In this document: one piece after another, positions 50,628-55,924 of the stretch
How the letters are laid out: every line of letters starts with the position of its first letter
Position numbering within the stretch: position 1 is the stretch's first letter
Source: Acidimicrobiia bacterium
GTDB taxonomy: Bacteria; Actinomycetota; Acidimicrobiia; Spongiisociales; ZC4RG35
Assembly (NCBI GenBank): GCA_035461175.1
Contig: DATHVR010000094.1
Location: 1-55,924 of the forward strand
Direction: 5' to 3'
DNA: 55,924 nucleotides
Position numbers and translations under genes: made by a program
Notes under the pieces: generated by a model
Database searches by the model: none
Told to the model about the DNA's origin: nothing
What the model saw: only the letters and a program-made list of their open reading frames with translations

Positions 50628-51650
50628 TCAATGCCAGCCCATTGCCGGGGCCACGTGGGTGATGATGTTCTCGAGGACATGGGTGTTGTAGTCGACCCCG
50701 AGTTGGTTCGGCACCGTCAACAGGATGGTGTCGGCCGCCTGGAGCGCCTCATCCCCGGCCAGCTGTTCCACCAGGACATCCGGCTCGGCGGCATAGGAGC
50801 GTCCAAAGATCGCTCGGGTGTTCTCGTCGATCATGCCGATCTGATCGGCCGAGCCGCGATCGTGGCCGAAATAGGCCCGATCCTGATCGTTGGTGAGGGC
50901 GAAGATGCTTCGACTCACCGATACGCGGGGTCGACGCGAATGTCCCGCCTGCTTCCAGGCATCGAGATAGGCCTCGATCTGGCGGCGCTGCTGGATGTGA
51001 AGCGGCTCTCCTGACTCGTCGAACTTGAGGGTGGAGGTCTGCATGTTCATGCCGAGCCGGGCCGCCCACACCGCGGTCGCGTCGGAGCCAGACCCCCACC
51101 AGATCCGCTCGCGCAGACCCTCCGAATACGGCTCCACCCGCAGCAGGCCGGGAGGGTTGGGGAACATCGGCCGGGGGTGGGGCTCCGCAAAGCCTTCCCC
51201 TTCCAGTACCTCCAACAGGGTCTCGGTGCGCCGTCGGGCCATGTCGACGTCGTCTTCGCCTTCGGCCGGCTCATATCCGAAATAGCGCCAACCGTCCACG
51301 ACCTGCTCGGGCGATCCGCGGCTGATTCCGAGTTGGAGGCGGCCGCCGGCGATCAGGTCGGCGGCCCCGGCGTCCTCGGCGAAATACATCGGGTTCTCGT
51401 ACCGCATGTCGATGACCGCGGTGCCGATCTCGATTCGTGACGTCTTCGCCCCCACCGCCGCCAGCAGCGGAAATGGTGAGCCGAGTTGTCGGGCGAAGTG
51501 ATGCACGCGGAAGTAGGCGCCGTCGATCCCGATCTCTTCGGCCGCCACCGCCAGTTCGATCGACTGGAGAAGGGCGTCGGAGGCGGTGCGGGTGCGTGAG
51601 CCGTGGGCCGTCGACCAATGGCCGAAGGAGAGAAATCCGATCTTCTTCAC
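50628..51650 (-). CDS. LLM-class flavin-dependent oxidoreductase (luciferase-like)
   Basis: KKIGFLSFGHW, AYFRVHHF, IEIGTAVIDMRYENP, GRLQLGISRGSPE. Confidence 0.93.
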   Translation of the reverse strand: MKKIGFLSFGHWSTAHGSRTRTASDALLQSIELAVAAEEIGIDGAYFRVHHFARQLGSPFPLLAAVGAKTSRIEIGTAVIDMRYENPMYFAEDAGAADLIAGGRLQLGISRGSPEQVVDGWRYFGYEPAEGEDDVDMARRRTETLLEVLEGEGFAEPHPRPMFPNPPGLLRVEPYSEGLRERIWWGSGSDATAVWAARLGMNMQTSTLKFDESGEPLHIQQRRQIEAYLDAWKQAGHSRRPRVSVSRSIFALTNDQDRAYFGHDRGSADQIGMIDENTRAIFGRSYAAEPDVLVEQLAGDEALQAADTILLTVPNQLGVDYNTHVLENIITHVAPAMGWH

Positions 51651-51813
51651 GGTGTCCTCAACCTTTCCGGGCGAGAAGAATTCCCGGCCCAGGCCACCTC
51701 TCGTAGACGGGTAGCGGGCGGAGAGTGGTGAGTGGTGAGTCACGGAGACGCCACCCACAACCCATCACCCAAACTCACTACCGCCAACTTCCGAACCGAG
51801 GGAGCGAGCCAGG

Positions 51814-54102
51814 TCAGACCTCAGGGAGGGCTTGGGCTCGGCGGCGGCGGTGGGCGTCGGCGACCGCCACCGCGGTCAGGTTGACCACGTCGGTGACCTC
51901 GGCATCGCGCTGGAGCACGTGGACCGACTTGGCGAGACCGGACAGGATCGGTCCGATCACTTCGGCTCCGGCCAGCCGGTTCAACAGCTGGTAGGAGGCG
52001 TTGGCGGCGGTCAGGTTGGGGAACACCAGCACGTTGGGTGGCCGGTCCAGCGGACCACCGGGGCGGCGACGGCGCAAGAGATCGGCGACCACCGCGGTGC
52101 CGGCCTGCATCTCGCCGTCGACGGGGATGCCGGGATGCTTGGCCCGGAACATGTCCACCGCCTCCCGTACCCGGGCGGGCTCGTCGCCCCCGGCGGAGCC
52201 GAAGTCGGAGTAGCTGATGAACCCGACCCGGGGGCTGCGGTCGAACTGTCGCTCGGCGATGTCGGCGGCGGCCTCAGCGATCTCGACCAGTTGCTCGGAG
52301 GTGGGCTCGATGTTGACGGCGCAGTCGGTGAAGAAATAGGGGGTGCCGTCGACTACCACGACGTACAGCGAGGAGACGATCGTGCGTCCCTCCTCGACCC
52401 GCAGCACCTGCAGAGCGGGGCGGATGGTCTCGGCGTAGAAGGTGGTCAGGCCGCCGAGGACGGCGTCGGCGGCACCCTCGCGCACCATCAGACAGGCGTA
52501 CATGTTCGGGTCCAGGACCCAGCGCTTGGCCTCGTGAAGCGAGACTCCCTTGTGACGGCGCAGCTCCTCGAGGGTGACGGCGTACCGCTCGCGTGTCTCC
52601 TCCATGACGTTCGGATCCACCATTTCGATCCCGTCCAGGGAGACCCCGGCCTCCTCGGCCAACTCGGCCATCAGGCCGACCTCGCCCACCAAGACCGGGT
52701 TGGCGATGCCCTCGTCCAGAACGCGTCGGGCGGCCCGGATGATGCGCAGGTCGTGGCCGTGGGGGTAGGCCACCCGCATGGGATGGGTTCGAGCTTTGGT
52801 CGTGACCAGGTTTATGAGCCCGTAGGAAGCCTGGAAGCGAGCCCGGAGTGCCTCGCGGTAGGCGTCCACGTCCTCGATGGGGGTGCGGGCCAAGCCCTCT
52901 TCGGTGGCCGCCAGGGCCACGGCCGGGGCGAGCCGAACCAGGACGCGGGGATCGAACGGCTTGGGTATCAGGTAGTCGCGGCCGAACTGCAGCCGCTCGA
53001 GGTTGTAAGCCCGCAGCACGGAGTCGGGGACAGGTTCACGGGCCAGCTGGGCCAGGGCTTGAGCGGCGGCCACCTTCATCCCCTCGGAAACGCCCCGGGC
53101 TCGAACGTCGAGAGCCCCCCGGAAGATGAACGGGAACCCGAGCACGTTGTTGACCTGGTTGGGGTAGTCGGAGCGTCCGGTGGCAACGATGACATCTGGG
53201 CGGGCGCCGGTGGCGTCCTCGTAGCTGATCTCGGGATCGGGGTTGGCGAGGGCGAAGACGATGGGATCGGCCGCCATCGAGCGGACCATGTCCTGGGTGA
53301 CGGCGTCGGCCACAGACACACCCACGAACGCATCGGCCCCGTCCAGGGCATCGGCCAGCGAGCGGGCATCGGTGGTCCGGGCAAACTCGGTCTTGATCGG
53401 GGTGAGGTCGTCACGCCCGTCGTGGATCACGCCCTTCGAATCACAGAGGAGGACGTGTTCGGGATCGAGTCCCAACTCGATGAAGAAGCGGGCCGTGGCA
53501 ATTCCGGCCGCCCCCGCCCCCGAAAACACGACCCGGGTCTCTTCGATCTTGCGGTTGGTGAGGGCAAGCGCATTGAGAAAGCCGGCGCCGGCGATGATGG
53601 CGGTGCCGTGCTGGTCGTCGTGAAAGACGGGTATGTCGAGGCGCTCACGCAGGGTCTGCTCGATCTCGAAGCAGTCCGGGGCCTTGATGTCTTCCAGGTT
53701 GATCCCGCCCACGGTGGGAGCCAGCATCTCGCAGAACCGGATCACGTCCTTGGGGTCAGTGGCATCCACCTCGATGTCGAACACGTCGATGTCGGCGAAC
53801 CGTTTGAAGAGGACCGCCTTGCCTTCCATCACCGGCTTGGAGGCGAGTGGCCCGATGTTGCCCAGCCCCAGCACCGCCGTGCCGTTGGACACGACCGCCA
53901 CCAGGTTGGCCCGGTTGGTGAAGCGGAAGGCGGCCTCGGGATCGTCGGCGATCATCCGACACGGCTCCGCCACCCCCGGGGTATAGGCGAGGCTCAGGTC
54001 GGCCTGAGTGGCGGTGGGCTTGGTGGCCCTGATCTCGAGCTTCCCGGGCCGGGGATGCTCGTGATATTCGAGGGCTTCGGAGAAGGTGCGTGAGTCGGCC
54101 AT
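51814..54102 (-). CDS. maeB: NADP-dependent malic enzyme with phosphotransacetylase-like domain
   Basis: [62 protein letters not shown]; C-terminal DGEMQ...NVLVFPNL. Confidence 0.96.
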   Translation of the reverse strand: MADSRTFSEALEYHEHPRPGKLEIRATKPTATQADLSLAYTPGVAEPCRMIADDPEAAFRFTNRANLVAVVSNGTAVLGLGNIGPLASKPVMEGKAVLFKRFADIDVFDIEVDATDPKDVIRFCEMLAPTVGGINLEDIKAPDCFEIEQTLRERLDIPVFHDDQHGTAIIAGAGFLNALALTNRKIEETRVVFSGAGAAGIATARFFIELGLDPEHVLLCDSKGVIHDGRDDLTPIKTEFARTTDARSLADALDGADAFVGVSVADAVTQDMVRSMAADPIVFALANPDPEISYEDATGARPDVIVATGRSDYPNQVNNVLGFPFIFRGALDVRARGVSEGMKVAAAQALAQLAREPVPDSVLRAYNLERLQFGRDYLIPKPFDPRVLVRLAPAVALAATEEGLARTPIEDVDAYREALRARFQASYGLINLVTTKARTHPMRVAYPHGHDLRIIRAARRVLDEGIANPVLVGEVGLMAELAEEAGVSLDGIEMVDPNVMEETRERYAVTLEELRRHKGVSLHEAKRWVLDPNMYACLMVREGAADAVLGGLTTFYAETIRPALQVLRVEEGRTIVSSLYVVVVDGTPYFFTDCAVNIEPTSEQLVEIAEAAADIAERQFDRSPRVGFISYSDFGSAGGDEPARVREAVDMFRAKHPGIPVDGEMQAGTAVVADLLRRRRPGGPLDRPPNVLVFPNLTAANASYQLLNRLAGAEVIGPILSGLAKSVHVLQRDAEVTDVVNLTAVAVADAHRRRRAQALPEV

Positions 54103-54199
54103 CGTTCCCGATGCTACCGGCGCCGGAGGGCGGGGAGACGAGTGGGCGCTCTGGAGCCGGAGTCGCCCTGTATCCCGTGGGCTGCGAGAATTGAACCGG

Positions 54200-54490
54200 A
54201 TGAGTGAGAACCACAACGGCTTCAAGGTCATGGGCGGCTGGAGGGTCGGCGCCCCACCCGAGGAATCGACCACCAAATCCGGACTGCTGGTCCCGGTGGG
54301 CACCAAAGAGGGAAACGACGCCCTCGCCCTGGTCGACGTCAACACCGGACAGCGATTTTGGGCGGTACCGACCGGGGCCTGGCGTTTCATCTGGCCTGCC
54401 ACCGGCCGGCCGGTGGTGGCGGTGCGAGAGTCCCAGATCATCGCCGAGGAGGAACTCGAACACGTCGAGCCCGAGGGCCAGTACCTGTGA
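54200..54490 (+). CDS. Divergent GroES/Cpn10-like small protein, 96 aa
   Basis: EESTTKSGLLVP resembles the GroES mobile loop (E.T.SGI.LP); VVAVRESQIIA resembles the C-terminal .L.LRESDILA. Confidence 0.55.
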   Translation: MSENHNGFKVMGGWRVGAPPEESTTKSGLLVPVGTKEGNDALALVDVNTGQRFWAVPTGAWRFIWPATGRPVVAVRESQIIAEEELEHVEPEGQYL

Positions 54491-54535
54491 AATTCGAGCG
54501 ACACAAGCCCCGGAGGCTGGTACCAATCGGAGTGT

Positions 54536-55846
<1,311 letters not shown>

Positions 55847-55889
55847 TCTGGGTCTGTATGGGTGGGTTCTGAGAGACGGCCTCCCCCCT

Positions 55890-55924
55890 TTTTCGCGCCA
55901 GAATTGCGCGCCATGGCGCGCAAT
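55890..55924. repeat. Palindrome family B copy 2 (cut by the window end)
   Basis: TTTTCGCGCCAGAATTGCGCGCCATGGCGCGCAAT matches 30486 onward with 2 substitutions. Confidence 0.88.

Overview
High-GC actinobacterial chromosomal window. Kgd-type SucA, a mycothiol-type maleylpyruvate isomerase family protein, WS/DGAT, MutT1 and SigK/RskA-like genes support this; Acidimicrobiia is my inference and is not proven. Most of the window is housekeeping: liv ABC operon, AlaX, hisC, fused 2-oxoacid dehydrogenase E1, kgd, heterodimeric ABC exporter, HerA-like ATPase, sigma-70 factor, CtaA-like protein, cysteine synthase/CBS, maeB and hflX. An accessory block at about 15.1-25.3 kb lies around tRNA-Arg(CCT). 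It holds an ECF sigma/partner pair, a transposase remnant, a possible HEPN-like remnant, a two-component system plus ABC-2 exporter, an M23 peptidase and an intact IS481 sitting in a CTAG. tRNA-Sec is followed by duplicated copies of its own 3' end. The most unexplained element is a ~260-nt, hairpin-dense minus-strand locus at 47380-47640. It carries a near-perfect complement of the 16S rRNA 3' end, a 14-codon ORF and two cUUCGg hairpins. Other items absent from or unexplained by the ORF track: a 55-aa ORF divergent from a WYL regulator with a candidate operator, a GroES-like small protein, and three families of dispersed intergenic repeats, one of which also occurs in frame inside a gene. No CRISPR array or rRNA was seen. 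Start codons were adjusted by eye where the ORF track over-extends.
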